This document shows positions 15,108 to 25,909 of a DNA stretch of 34,021 nucleotides, one piece after another. This stretch comes from Chloroflexota bacterium. Lineage in GTDB: Bacteria; Chloroflexota; Dehalococcoidia; GIF9; UBA5629. The position numbers were made by a program, and so were the translations under genes. The stretch's first letter is position 1; every line of letters begins with the position of its first letter. The stretch lies in the NCBI GenBank assembly GCA_037441105.1, contig JBBISW010000005.1:1-34021 (forward strand), read 5' to 3'. The notes beneath the pieces were generated by a model that worked only from the letters and a program-made list of their open reading frames with translations, ran no database searches and was not told the DNA's origin.

Positions 15108-16154
15108 TCAAAGGCTTTTTACTTCAGCCATCAGTGCTTCCAGGAAGTCTTTTTCAGCGACAGTGTTTACCACTTTACCTTTCTTAAAGATAGCGCCTTT
15201 GCCTTTGCCACAGGCGATGCCGACATCGGCATCTCTTGCCTCACCGGGACCATTGACAATACAGCCCATGACAGCAACCTTGATAGGCTTGGTTACTTCT
15301 CTCAGGCTTTTGTCTACGGACTCAGCCAAACCGATGATATCTACCTCAGCCCGGCCGCATGAAGGACAGGTTATCAGAGTGGGACCATGCTGGCGAAGGT
15401 CAAGGCTCTTCAAAATCTCGTAGGCGGCGTTTACTTCTTCGCAGGGATGGGCGCTGAGTGAAACGCGAATAGTGTCGCCAATACCTTCGTGTAGAAGTAT
15501 ACCGATACCTACTGCGCTGCGAGCAATGCCGGCTTTGGGAAGACCAGCCTCGGTTATGCCTAGATGTAAAGGGTAGGGTATTCTGGAGGCTATTGCTCTG
15601 TAAGCCTCGATAGTGGTGGACACATCGAAGGCTTTGAGGGAAACTTTAATCAAATCAAAGTCCAGGCTTTCCAGTAAGCGGATTTGCTCCAGCGCTGTAT
15701 CAACCATGTGCTCAGATATAGATGAGTATGGTTTTGAGGCCGGTGGTAGGCTTCCAGCATTTATACCGATGCGAATGGATACCTGTCTTTCTTTAGCTGC
15801 ATGCACTACCTTGGTAATTTGTTTTGGATCGCGGATATTACCTGGGTTCAAGCGGAGCCCATCAGTGCCGGCTTTCAATGCTGCTAGAGCGAGTCGGTAG
15901 TCGAAGTGAATGTCGGCAATGATGGGAATAGAGGTATTCTGCTTAATAGCTGAAATAGCCCGAGCGGCTTCCGTATCGGGCACGGCTACTCGGACGATAT
16001 CACAACCACAGTCAGTAAGTTCCTTGATTTGTGCTGTAGTAGCAGGTATGTTTCTGGTGTCAGTTTTGGTCATAGACTGCACCACGATAGGTGCGTTACC
16101 ACCTATAGTTACTGTCCCAACTCTTATTGACTTAGATGGCCTACGGGCTATCAA
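15108..16154 (-). CDS. ispG: 4-hydroxy-3-methylbut-2-en-1-yl diphosphate synthase
   Basis: 348 aa with VGTVTIGGNAPIVVQSMT, NPGNI and the Fe-S ligand motifs CPSCGR and GCIVNGPGE. The TTG start overlaps the rseP stop (TTGA). Confidence 0.93.
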   Translation of the reverse strand: MIARRPSKSIRVGTVTIGGNAPIVVQSMTKTDTRNIPATTAQIKELTDCGCDIVRVAVPDTEAARAISAIKQNTSIPIIADIHFDYRLALAALKAGTDGLRLNPGNIRDPKQITKVVHAAKERQVSIRIGINAGSLPPASKPYSSISEHMVDTALEQIRLLESLDFDLIKVSLKAFDVSTTIEAYRAIASRIPYPLHLGITEAGLPKAGIARSAVGIGILLHEGIGDTIRVSLSAHPCEEVNAAYEILKSLDLRQHGPTLITCPSCGRAEVDIIGLAESVDKSLREVTKPIKVAVMGCIVNGPGEARDADVGIACGKGKGAIFKKGKVVNTVAEKDFLEALMAEVKSL

Positions 16155-17221
16155 GGTAGCAGGTTCTCTCCCTGAATAATACGCGTGATATCATGGTAAC
16201 TTACCACAACAATTAACAGTATTAACATTATGAAACCGATAAGATGAACAAGCCCTTCTCGTTTAGGTGATATTCTCTTTCCTCGTCTAATCCATTCTAA
16301 GACTACAAAGATGAGTCTGCCTCCGTCTAGGCCTGGGAAGGGAAACAGGTTAATTATGGCCAAATTTATGCTGATTAAGGCAGCCAGTTTAAGAAATGGG
16401 CTAAGGCCAGCTTTAGCTACCTCACCGGTCAGGCCGGCAATGCCTATCGGGCCGGCTAACTGGGGTGCTGTTCCTCTAACGAACCAGCCTACTACTTCAT
16501 TTCGGAATAAGACAAGGATTTCCCAGCAATTAGTTATGCTTGAAGGTATTGCTTTCCAGATAGGATAGGACTCGCGGACTAGGGTGCTGTCTACTCCGAT
16601 GATAGTGATACCAATGGCTCCTTGCCCTTCTGGTGGTTTCCATCTTGGTGTCACGCTTACTTCTCGCTGTCCGAGTTCACCTTTCTGAAGCAAAATTTTT
16701 ATTTCCTGGCCGAGGTTAAGCTGAACAAGATAACCCACATCAGCGCGGTTTTTAATTGCGCGGTCATTTATTGCCAGGATTGTGTCTCCTGATTCAATGC
16801 CAGCTATTTGAGCTGGCGAGCCCAAGGCTACTTTCTGAATCTGTACTTTTTCCAACGTTACATTGTGCGGAATCATAAAGCTGATTGAAAGCAATAATAT
16901 TGGAAGCAGGATGTTCATCAGTGAGCCGGCACTAAGAACTAGCAACCGGATGGGGATGCTTTTGCTGGCTAAGCTGCCTGGTAAAGTTGGGTCTTCTTCT
17001 CCCAGCATCTTGGTAAAGCCGCCGAGGGGAATGGCGTTTAGTGAGTATGTTGTCTCGCCTCGCTTAAAACTGAAAAGTCTCGGTGGGAAGCCGATGCCAA
17101 ATTCCTCTACCTTTACGTGCGCAAGCTTAGCTGTAATGAAATGCCCGAACTCGTGGGCAAATATGAGTACTACTAGCATGCCCAGGAAGCTGATGGTGGT
17201 CAGGGCTATTGTTTCTAACAT
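16151..17221 (-). CDS. rseP: RIP site-2 zinc metalloprotease of the M50 family
   Basis: 356 aa with the HEFGHF (HExxH) motif in TM1, a PDZ-like segment GSPAQIAGIESGDTILAIN and the NLFPFPGLDGG motif. Confidence 0.9.
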   Translation of the reverse strand: MLETIALTTISFLGMLVVLIFAHEFGHFITAKLAHVKVEEFGIGFPPRLFSFKRGETTYSLNAIPLGGFTKMLGEEDPTLPGSLASKSIPIRLLVLSAGSLMNILLPILLLSISFMIPHNVTLEKVQIQKVALGSPAQIAGIESGDTILAINDRAIKNRADVGYLVQLNLGQEIKILLQKGELGQREVSVTPRWKPPEGQGAIGITIIGVDSTLVRESYPIWKAIPSSITNCWEILVLFRNEVVGWFVRGTAPQLAGPIGIAGLTGEVAKAGLSPFLKLAALISINLAIINLFPFPGLDGGRLIFVVLEWIRRGKRISPKREGLVHLIGFIMLILLIVVVSYHDITRIIQGENLLP

Positions 17222-18342
17222 AAATTACCTCTCTTGGCTAACCTAAGTGCAGTTTCTCTTGCCCAGGAATCTGCAGCCAAAATATCATCGAGGGTAGGGT
17301 TAGCTATACCCTGGTGTAAGCTGATAGTCTCGTCTATTATTGCAGGAATATCAGAGAAGCAGATATGGCCAGCGAGAAACAGTTCTGTGGCTATTTCGTC
17401 AGCAGCGCAGAGCACGGCGGGGTAGGTTCCTCCTTTTCTTCCAGCATCCAATGCTAGTTCAAGGCAGGGAAACTTGGCATAGTCTATTGGTTCAAAAGTT
17501 AAGGATTTTATTTTAGTCAGGTCAATGCGTGGCAACCTGGAGTTAGACAATCGCTTGGGGTAAGATAGGGCGTACTGGATAGGTAGACGCATATCGGGGA
17601 AGCTCAGTTGTGCCTTTAGTGAACCATCCACGAATTCTACCAAGGAATGGATGATACTCTGGGGATGAATTACAATTCCGATTTTCTCAAAAGGGATAGT
17701 GAAAAGCCAATGGGCTTCGATTGCTTCCAGCCCTTTGTTCATGAGAGTTGCTGAATTAACAGTGACCTTCTTTCCCATTTTCCACGTGGGATGTTGTAGA
17801 GCTTCGTCAATGGTGACTCTGACCAATTGAGATGGGGAGTAATGATAGAATGGGCCACCGGAAGCGGTGAGGATAAGCCGAGCCACCCCAGCCCTCTCTC
17901 CACGAAGGCATTGCCATATAGCGCTATGTTCACTATCAATTGGCAGGATTTTGGCATGATGTTGTTTGGCTTCTGTAATAATGATTTGACCTGCCATGAC
18001 CAGTATCTCTTTATTAGCCAGGGCTATCCTTTTGCCAGCTCTTATGGCTGCTAAGGTCGGAGACAATCCTGTCTTGCCTGTGGTGGCTATGACGACGAGG
18101 TCGATTTCAGAATGGCTGGCTATCTCCTCCATAGAGGAGAATTGCGTTTTACTAGGCAGGGTTAGCTTGAGAGATGAGTATGCTAGCCAGGGCTGAAATT
18201 CACTGATTTGTTCGGCTAGCAAGTCAGTGTTTTTCCCACCAGCCAATCCCACAACCCTGAATCTGCCTGGAAAGCTCCTGACTATGTCCAGGGTTTGTTG
18301 CCCTATTGAGCCTGTCGAGCCTAGAATGGCAAGGTTTTTCAT
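17215..18342 (-). CDS. dxr: 1-deoxy-D-xylulose 5-phosphate reductoisomerase
   Basis: Motifs present are ILGSTGSIGQQTLD, LANKE, DSEHSAI and NKGLE. The ORF track extends to 18375, but the ATG at 18342 gives the conserved N-terminus MKNLAILGSTGSIG and forms an ATGA overlap with the cdsA stop. Confidence 0.92.
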   Translation of the reverse strand: MKNLAILGSTGSIGQQTLDIVRSFPGRFRVVGLAGGKNTDLLAEQISEFQPWLAYSSLKLTLPSKTQFSSMEEIASHSEIDLVVIATTGKTGLSPTLAAIRAGKRIALANKEILVMAGQIIITEAKQHHAKILPIDSEHSAIWQCLRGERAGVARLILTASGGPFYHYSPSQLVRVTIDEALQHPTWKMGKKVTVNSATLMNKGLEAIEAHWLFTIPFEKIGIVIHPQSIIHSLVEFVDGSLKAQLSFPDMRLPIQYALSYPKRLSNSRLPRIDLTKIKSLTFEPIDYAKFPCLELALDAGRKGGTYPAVLCAADEIATELFLAGHICFSDIPAIIDETISLHQGIANPTLDDILAADSWARETALRLAKRGNLC

Positions 18343-19145
18343 AGCGTTGACCATAATGTAGAAAACACCACGCAATAGTATACTACAACCCCGGTAAATA
18401 TGAGGCTGTCGAGACGGTCAAGCATACCGCCATGTCCCGGTATTAGTTTGCTTGCGTCTTTGGCACCTGTGTTGCGTTTAAGCAATGACTCCACTAAATC
18501 GCCGAGCTGGGCGAATATGCTGATGACACCGCCTAAAAGGGCTGTCTGCCAGTAATTGAAAGGTAGAGTAAGGATTATCCTAAGGATTAGGGAAGCTATA
18601 ATACTAGCTAGCAGCCCACCTACAGCTCCTTCCCAGGTTTTGCCAGGGCTTATAGAAGGCGCTAACGGTCGTTTACCCCAGGTTCTGCCGATAAAAAAGG
18701 CGCTGGTATCACTAGCGAACGTGGTGAACATTGCCCAGAATACCAACTCCTTGCCAAGTTCCAGGTTTCTGAGACTGACCCAGTGGCTGAGCATCCAGCC
18801 GATGTAGAGTATTCCAGCCAGTGTCCATGCCCAGTTACTGAAAGCCTGTTCCTTTTGTGGCCTGAATAGTATCCAGATTAGTGAGATAACTATGGCAGAG
18901 GTAATGAGAAAAGGTGTCGTGGCAGGATATGGGCAATGGGGACTGAGGATAAGTAGTAGTACGCAGACCATGCCAAAATAAGTGATTGGTTGTATTTTTA
19001 AAAAACTAACCATTCGGTAGAACTCGAAGCTGCCAAATCCGGCCATAACAACTACAAGGAGCGTAAACCACGGTTCACCGAACCAGATTATGGCAATAAG
19101 AAGTGGTATGCCGATGATAGCAGTGATAATTCTTTGTCTGATCAT
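18339..19145 (-). CDS. cdsA: phosphatidate cytidylyltransferase
   Basis: 268-aa polytopic membrane protein carrying the CDS signature SLLKRNTGAKDASKLIPGHGGMLDRLDS. Confidence 0.92.
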   Translation of the reverse strand: MIRQRIITAIIGIPLLIAIIWFGEPWFTLLVVVMAGFGSFEFYRMVSFLKIQPITYFGMVCVLLLILSPHCPYPATTPFLITSAIVISLIWILFRPQKEQAFSNWAWTLAGILYIGWMLSHWVSLRNLELGKELVFWAMFTTFASDTSAFFIGRTWGKRPLAPSISPGKTWEGAVGGLLASIIASLILRIILTLPFNYWQTALLGGVISIFAQLGDLVESLLKRNTGAKDASKLIPGHGGMLDRLDSLIFTGVVVYYCVVFSTLWSTL

Positions 19146-19300
19146 TGTTTATTCATCAGGCTTTAGCTGCCTAAGGTGGTGGTAACTGTAGATGTTGGCC
19201 ACTGGTAGAAGGTTTCGGAACTGGCGAACTCAATGTTGTCGCCTTTTCATTGGTGCAGATTGACTTCGTTAGAGATGGCATGCTGCAGATTTAGGAGTTC

Positions 19301-19858
19301 TTAGACCTCTATGATCTCTTTTTCTTTGTCTTGCCCTATGCTATTAACCCGATATATGAAGTTATCGATGAGTTTTTGAAGTTGGTCGGAGACTCGCGTA
19401 TATTGATCCTGAGATATTTCTTTATTTTTCTCCGCTTGCCTTAGCCTTTCGATACCGTCCCGTCTAAAATTGCGTAGTTCGATTCTTGCCTCTTCTAATC
19501 TTTTATGCACTACTTTAATCAACTCTTTGCGTCGCTCTTCGGTCAGAGATGGGATGGGGATGCGTATAAAGGTGCCATCGCTTGTTGGATTGAGGCCAAG
19601 GTCAGATGTAAGGATAGCTTTCTCGATGGTGCGGATGGAGCTGCGGTCCCACGGTTGGATAAGTATCATTTTGGCTTCGGGGATTGAGATAGAGGCAATC
19701 TGGTTCAGTGGCATGAGAACGCCGTGATAATCAACTCTTATGTGCTCAACTAGAGCTGGTGATGCCCGTCCTGTGCGTATAGCTGCTAAATCTCGGGTCA
19801 AGGCATCGACTGCTTTCTGCATCTTGCCGTTAGTGTCAGTTAGTATTTGTTCGATCAT
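19301..19858 (-). CDS. frr: ribosome recycling factor
   Basis: RRF-like sequence MIEQILTDTNGKMQKAVDALTRDLAAIRTGRASPALVEHIRVDYHG. The ORF track start at 19909 would overlap pyrH by 50 nt. The ATG at 19858 gives a typical 185-aa RRF that starts 1 nt after the pyrH stop. Confidence 0.92.
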   Translation of the reverse strand: MIEQILTDTNGKMQKAVDALTRDLAAIRTGRASPALVEHIRVDYHGVLMPLNQIASISIPEAKMILIQPWDRSSIRTIEKAILTSDLGLNPTSDGTFIRIPIPSLTEERRKELIKVVHKRLEEARIELRNFRRDGIERLRQAEKNKEISQDQYTRVSDQLQKLIDNFIYRVNSIGQDKEKEIIEV

Positions 19859-19859
19859 C

Positions 19860-21097
<1,238 letters not shown>

Positions 21098-21137
21098 TTT
21101 CGTCTCCTTCTACGGTAAAGAGGTATATCACTATCTA

Positions 21138-21923
21138 CTATTCGTTTTCGTCAGGTGTAAAAATGTGGGATTCCAATAGTTCGGTAGGGTCTTTTGCTGC
21201 TGGGGATGGTTCAGCGGTTCCTATTTCACCGGTCTCCTTAATCATTTTGCCTTCGAGAACAGCATCGGCTATTTTGTTGCATATGAGCTTTATCGCCTTT
21301 ATGGCATCATCGTTTGCTGGAATAAGGTAATCGATACCAGTGGGATCGCAATTGGTATCTACAATGGCTACTATGGGTATACCGACCTTTTTGGCTTCCG
21401 CCAGAGCTATTTTCTCCTTAGTTGGGTCGGTAATAAACAGAGCCCCGGGAAGGGTAGTCATCTCCTTAAAGCCGCCCAGCAATTTGTTAAGACGCGCTAT
21501 TTCCTTTTCAACCTTCAGCTTCTCTTTTTTAGATAAATAATCTAACTCACCTTTGTCTCTTCTATCCTCGAGGCGGACCAAGTAATCTATCCTGGCTTGG
21601 ATGGTAGCGAAATTAGTTAGCATTCCGCCTAGCCATCTCTGATTGACATAATACATGCCACATCGTTTAGCTTCCTCTTCTATTATTTCTTGGGCTTGCT
21701 TCTTGGTGCCGACGAAGAGAAGGCTTTGCCCGTTACTGACTAAATCTCTGACGTAAGCGCAGGCTCTATCTAGCATGGCTACAGTTTGTTCTAAGTCAAT
21801 GATGTGGATGCCGTTGCGTTGGGTGAAAATGTAGCTTTTCATGCGTGGATGCCAGTGACCGGTTAGGTGTCCAAAATGGGCACCGGTTTCCAGAAGCTGT
21901 TTAACTGAAATAGACTCAGGCAA
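21138..21923 (-). CDS. rpsB: 30S ribosomal protein S2
   Basis: 261 aa with a TTG start behind GGAGG. The sequence contains [19 protein letters not shown] and FVGTKKQAQ. It has an acidic C-terminal tail. Confidence 0.95.
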   Translation of the reverse strand: MPESISVKQLLETGAHFGHLTGHWHPRMKSYIFTQRNGIHIIDLEQTVAMLDRACAYVRDLVSNGQSLLFVGTKKQAQEIIEEEAKRCGMYYVNQRWLGGMLTNFATIQARIDYLVRLEDRRDKGELDYLSKKEKLKVEKEIARLNKLLGGFKEMTTLPGALFITDPTKEKIALAEAKKVGIPIVAIVDTNCDPTGIDYLIPANDDAIKAIKLICNKIADAVLEGKMIKETGEIGTAEPSPAAKDPTELLESHIFTPDENE

Positions 21924-21972
21924 ATTCTAACCTCCGATTCTAAATGCGATTACTTGACCAAATTTGCTCAAC

Positions 21973-22001
21973 AGTATAGCACAAGGTGCTTGGAGAGGCA
22001 A
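21973..22001 (-). promoter_or_regulatory. Sigma70-type promoter for rpsB-tsf-pyrH-frr
   Basis: On the minus strand, TTGCCT (21996..22001) is followed by 17 nt and TATACT (21973..21978). An extended -10 TG is present (gTGcTATACT). The element lies about 50 nt upstream of the rpsB start. Confidence 0.5.
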
Positions 22002-22136
22002 TTATTCGGAATTTACACAATAAACTTGACGTTACCAAGAAATAATTCAGCTAGTGGAGAAGCAGCTTTAGAGATTTACCAACGGGCAACGCGATTAGTG
22101 TGAGCTCTTAAGTTGAAACCGCCAAGACTTTTAAGG

Positions 22137-23252
22137 TTACAGTCTCAATTCTTGAGCTAGTACCTCTCGATGGAAATCAGCATCGCCAAGTGCGAGTTCA
22201 GCGGCTTTTGCCCGCTTCGAATACAGGGGCATGTCGTGGTCTTCCATCAGACTCACACCGCCTATACTTTGATGCCCCAATTTGGTAACTCGCTTGTAAG
22301 CATCGCTTACCCAGGCCTTTGCCATGGCAGCTTCTATAGCATAAGGGAGTTTCTCGCTAATTTTCCAGGCAGCTTTATAGCTAATGAACCTCGACGTGTC
22401 AATGTCAGTTAGCATATTGGCACAGTGATGTTGGATAGCCTGGAAGGCGCCTACAGGTACTCCAAACTGTTTACGGTCTTTGACATAATCCACAGTCATT
22501 TCTAGGGCTTGCTGGGCACCGCCGACCATCTCAATACATTTAGCTACCGCAGCTTTCCGTAATACCTCACGCAGTTGGATATTTCCCTGTCCTTCTTTTC
22601 CAAGGATGTTTTTCTTCGGTACTTTCACTTTGTTGAAAACCACGTCAAATTGCTTGTCACCATCAATGGTTTTGAGTAATGTGTAACGGATACCTGGGCT
22701 TTTGGTATCTACAAGGAATAAGGTAACTCCGTTTGTGGTTTTGGCGACACAGATAATGTAGTCAGCAACATGAGCGTAAGGGACAAAGAACTTTGTGCCA
22801 CTGATGACATAATCATTTCCATCGAAGACTGCCTTTGCAGTTACCTTATCAACATTGTAGCCTCCACCAGGCTCGGTCAAAGCTAGGGTAACAATCAATT
22901 TTCCTTGAGTGATCTGAGGCAGAAATTCTTGCTTCTGGGTCTCATTGCTCATTTCGAGGATGGGCATGCCTGCTAAAACCACGGTGCTAAAGAAAGGACC
23001 AGGCAGGCAAGCACGCCCCATTTCCTCCAGGAGAACAGCAAGGTCGAGGAAGCTACCTCCAGTGCCGCCATATTTCTCAGGGAATGCCAGTCCCATCCAA
23101 CCCAAGTCTGCCATTTTATCCCATAGTTCCAAAGGATATCCTCTTTCGTCGCTCACCATCTGTTTTACCAGGCTTTTGGGACATTCTGTGGTGAGAAAAT
23201 CGCGAGCCATTTTTTTCAGCATCTCTTGTTGTTCGCTAAGACCGAAATTCAT
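22137..23252 (-). CDS. Acyl-CoA dehydrogenase family protein, small subunit-like with degenerate active-site motifs
   Basis: 371 aa with an ACAD fold. ACAD signature 1 is degenerate (TEPGGGYN instead of TEPxAGSD). The position of the canonical YEGT catalytic Glu reads ALGD. No Glu occupies the alternative helix-G position. Confidence 0.85.
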   Translation of the reverse strand: MNFGLSEQQEMLKKMARDFLTTECPKSLVKQMVSDERGYPLELWDKMADLGWMGLAFPEKYGGTGGSFLDLAVLLEEMGRACLPGPFFSTVVLAGMPILEMSNETQKQEFLPQITQGKLIVTLALTEPGGGYNVDKVTAKAVFDGNDYVISGTKFFVPYAHVADYIICVAKTTNGVTLFLVDTKSPGIRYTLLKTIDGDKQFDVVFNKVKVPKKNILGKEGQGNIQLREVLRKAAVAKCIEMVGGAQQALEMTVDYVKDRKQFGVPVGAFQAIQHHCANMLTDIDTSRFISYKAAWKISEKLPYAIEAAMAKAWVSDAYKRVTKLGHQSIGGVSLMEDHDMPLYSKRAKAAELALGDADFHREVLAQELRL

Positions 23253-23305
23253 AGTAATTTTTTCTCCTTTTTGAAGTGCAACTTGCCAGGATTTTAAAAC
23301 TCAAA

Positions 23306-24523
23306 TCAACCTGAGGGTAATCCCAGTCCTCTGAGGGCGATGATATTTCTCATGATTTCAGAGGTACCAGCGTAAACAGTTTCAATGAACCCCCAGCGAT
23401 AGTGGAGTTCTGCTTCACCATGAAGCGGTGCCCATTTGGAACCCGTTTGCAGTTGTCCACTTGGTCCAATTATTTGGGTAGCGATGTCAGCCAGACGATG
23501 GGCTGTCTCTGTGGCAAACATCTTTTGCATAGACGATTGATAATTGGGTACCTCACCCTTATCGAGGATGTAGGCAAGCTGATAGTAGAGCAGGCTGGAT
23601 AACTCCAGCTCGATCGCCATTTCGGCCAACTTCTGTCGTATAACTGGGTCTTGGCTTAGTGATTTACCATCACGTTTTGTCTCTTTGGTATACTCGATGA
23701 TCTCATCGAAAATGCGCCTGAAACTACCAACAGGGAACATCCTTTCGAAGTCCAGGGCAGTCATTATGTAATAGAATCCGCGGTTTTTCTCTCCTACCAG
23801 GTTCTTCTTGGGGACTTTCACGTTATCGTAGAAGACCTCATTTGTTTTCCAGCCGGCTATTGTTGTCATATTACGGATGGTAATACCTGGGCTCTTCAGG
23901 TCTACAACCATAAGTGAGATACCCCGGTGGCGCTTTGGAGTGGTAGGGTCAGTTCTCGCTCCCAACCAGTGGTAATCAGCGAAGTGAGCATGGGTATTGA
24001 ACATCTTCTGCCCGTTTAATAAGAAGTAATCTCCTTTATCTTCAGCTTCTACTTCTCCCCTGGCTGCAGCTCGTGCCTCTGCCATGTCCTCAGCCCGTAG
24101 CTCCAGTGCTGCCAAATCAGATCCTGCCTGAGGTTCGGTATAGCCCAGAGCCATCTCGATCTCGCCTCGGGCAATGCGGGGTAGATATTCCTTTTTCAGT
24201 TCATCGCTACCCAATCTCAAGATGGTAGGGCCTGCCATGGTTGCACCAACCAGTGATACCGGCGCTCCGGCATAAGTCATCTCATCACGGATGATAAATC
24301 CTACCATCTCTGAGCTATTTATACCGCCGTATTCTTTTGGCCAGGTAGGGCAAAGCCAGCCTCTGGCTCCCATCTTTTGAATGATTCTGCGACCGTGCAC
24401 TGGGCCAGCACCTCCACTGTATTCCACTACCTCAGCGATGAGCTCCGGTGTAACTTCTTTTTTGAGAAAATCACGAACCTCTTGTCTGATTTTCTCCTCT
24501 TCTGGGGTAAATCCAAAATCCAT
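23306..24523 (-). CDS. Acyl-CoA dehydrogenase family protein, large subunit-like
   Basis: 405 aa with an intact signature GYTEPQAGSDLAA. The C-terminal motif is YAGTSEI, so the canonical Glu is replaced by Ala. A Glu is present at the isovaleryl-CoA-dehydrogenase-type position (ALDFERM). An extra Ala/Glu-rich insert EDMAEARAAARGEVEAED is encoded at 24041..24094. Confidence 0.88.
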   Translation of the reverse strand: MDFGFTPEEEKIRQEVRDFLKKEVTPELIAEVVEYSGGAGPVHGRRIIQKMGARGWLCPTWPKEYGGINSSEMVGFIIRDEMTYAGAPVSLVGATMAGPTILRLGSDELKKEYLPRIARGEIEMALGYTEPQAGSDLAALELRAEDMAEARAAARGEVEAEDKGDYFLLNGQKMFNTHAHFADYHWLGARTDPTTPKRHRGISLMVVDLKSPGITIRNMTTIAGWKTNEVFYDNVKVPKKNLVGEKNRGFYYIMTALDFERMFPVGSFRRIFDEIIEYTKETKRDGKSLSQDPVIRQKLAEMAIELELSSLLYYQLAYILDKGEVPNYQSSMQKMFATETAHRLADIATQIIGPSGQLQTGSKWAPLHGEAELHYRWGFIETVYAGTSEIMRNIIALRGLGLPSG

Positions 24524-24692
24524 ATTGTGCCTCCTTATTGCTTAACTTGGATCGGAGTTTAACACAGCGTAGCTAGTAGATGGCAATCTGCCGTAGTGTA
24601 ACAAATATCAACCTTAACTTCAATATCTACGGGGAACACAAAGCGAGAAGGAGGAAGTGAGTAAACCTGCTTATTGAGTATAACTTGCGGAG

Positions 24693-24727
24693 AAAAAACT
24701 CAGCCCCCCCGGAAAGGAGGGGATGAG
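24693..24727 (-). terminator. Intrinsic terminator between the two ACAD gene pairs
   Basis: On the minus strand the RNA reads CUCAUCCCCUCC-UUUCC-GGGGGGGCUGAG followed by UUUUUU. This is a 12-bp GC-rich stem with one mismatch. It lies 25 nt after the stop at 24752. Confidence 0.7.
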
Positions 24728-24751
24728 AATGGTGCTCATTGCTGCACTAGT

Positions 24752-25885
24752 TTAGACAAGCCCAATCTTTTGAGCTACTAACTCCCTGTGGAAGTCGGTG
24801 CCACCGAAAGCGATGTCTGCGGCCTTTGACCTGCGGTAGTAGAGGGGTATATCGTGGTCATAGCTGGTGGCGATTCCACCATGTAACCTTACTGCCCACT
24901 TGCTCACATTTTTATAGACCTCGTTGACATAAGCCTTTGCCATTGAGGCTTCTTTGGTACAGGGGAGCCTTTCTGATTCCATCCAGGCTACCTCGTAGAC
25001 CAGATAGCGGCTTGTCTCCATTGCTGTCCACATATCGGCCATTATGTGCTGAAGTGCCTGGAAGGCTCCAATTGGCCTGTCGTATTGAACTCGCTCTTTG
25101 GAATAGGCTACAGTCATCTCGACACAGGTTTGTATGGCACCGATGGATTCGGCACATTTAGCGATAGACCCTTTGCGCAGTAGCATTTCCACAATAGGCC
25201 ATCCCTCGTCCAGCTTACCCAGCATGTTTTTCTTGGGCACGGCGACGTTCTCGAATCGTACCTCACATTGCTTGTCCGCGGCCATGGTAGGTATCACTTC
25301 GCAGCATATCCCAGGCGATTTGGAGTCAACAATGAAGAGAGTGACTCCTTTTTCAGGAGAGGCTCCGTTTTTTGTTCTTGTGGCGCAGATGATGTAATCG
25401 GCAACATGGGCCATTTCCACGAAGAGCTTTGTGCCATTGATTACGAAGTCATCTCCTTTGGGTGTTGCCTTAACAGCAATTCCAGAAGCGTTGAATGTAC
25501 CATCAGCTTCAAGGAGGGCTGTAGTAAGAATTAGCTCTCCTCGAGCTATCTTTGGTAGAAACTCCTTCTTTTGTTCTTCAGTTCCTGTTTCAAGGATTGG
25601 GAAAGTGCTGGTTATGGTGGAGACTAAAGGACCGGGAAGGATGTTCCTGCCTATTTCCTCCATGAGGACTGTCAGGTCTTGGAAGGTATAGCCCATGCCC
25701 TCGTATTCTTCAGGGATGATTAATCCCATCCACCCCAGCTCAGCCATCTTCTTCCACAGTCCGGGAGAATATCCCTTATCGCTCTGTTCAAGCTCTCTCA
25801 CCAGAGTCTTAGGACACTCCGTGCCCAGGAAATCCCGTGCCATTTTTCTTAATATTTCTTGCGCTTCAGTAAATCTAAGATCCAT
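24752..25885 (-). CDS. Acyl-CoA dehydrogenase family protein, small subunit-like with degenerate active-site motifs
   Basis: 377-aa paralog of 22137..23252. The signature is degenerate (LLEADGTFN). The YEGT position reads FGGT. No Glu occupies the helix-G position. Confidence 0.85.
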   Translation of the reverse strand: MDLRFTEAQEILRKMARDFLGTECPKTLVRELEQSDKGYSPGLWKKMAELGWMGLIIPEEYEGMGYTFQDLTVLMEEIGRNILPGPLVSTITSTFPILETGTEEQKKEFLPKIARGELILTTALLEADGTFNASGIAVKATPKGDDFVINGTKLFVEMAHVADYIICATRTKNGASPEKGVTLFIVDSKSPGICCEVIPTMAADKQCEVRFENVAVPKKNMLGKLDEGWPIVEMLLRKGSIAKCAESIGAIQTCVEMTVAYSKERVQYDRPIGAFQALQHIMADMWTAMETSRYLVYEVAWMESERLPCTKEASMAKAYVNEVYKNVSKWAVRLHGGIATSYDHDIPLYYRRSKAADIAFGGTDFHRELVAQKIGLV

Positions 25886-25909
25886 GATTCCTCCTAATCG
25901 AAACTCCGT

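Noticed and set aside
21924-22136. The 213-bp gap upstream of rpsB, examined for a tRNA or sRNA gene
   Set aside because: It has no T-loop or D-loop consensus and no cloverleaf-compatible pairing. It is explained adequately by the rpsB promoter (21973..22001) and leader.
22945-23274. Long antisense ORFs inside the ACAD genes (22945..23274, 25695..26066 and 26472..26837) and inside rseP (16863..17246)
   Set aside because: All are shadow frames opposite strongly supported CDSs. They are rich in Ser, Arg and Pro and lack RBSs.
24699-24710. A run of 8 C (8 G on the minus strand) as a possible phase-variable homopolymer
   Set aside because: The run is intergenic and forms one arm of a 12-bp terminator stem that is followed by a U tract. 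No coding sequence depends on its length.
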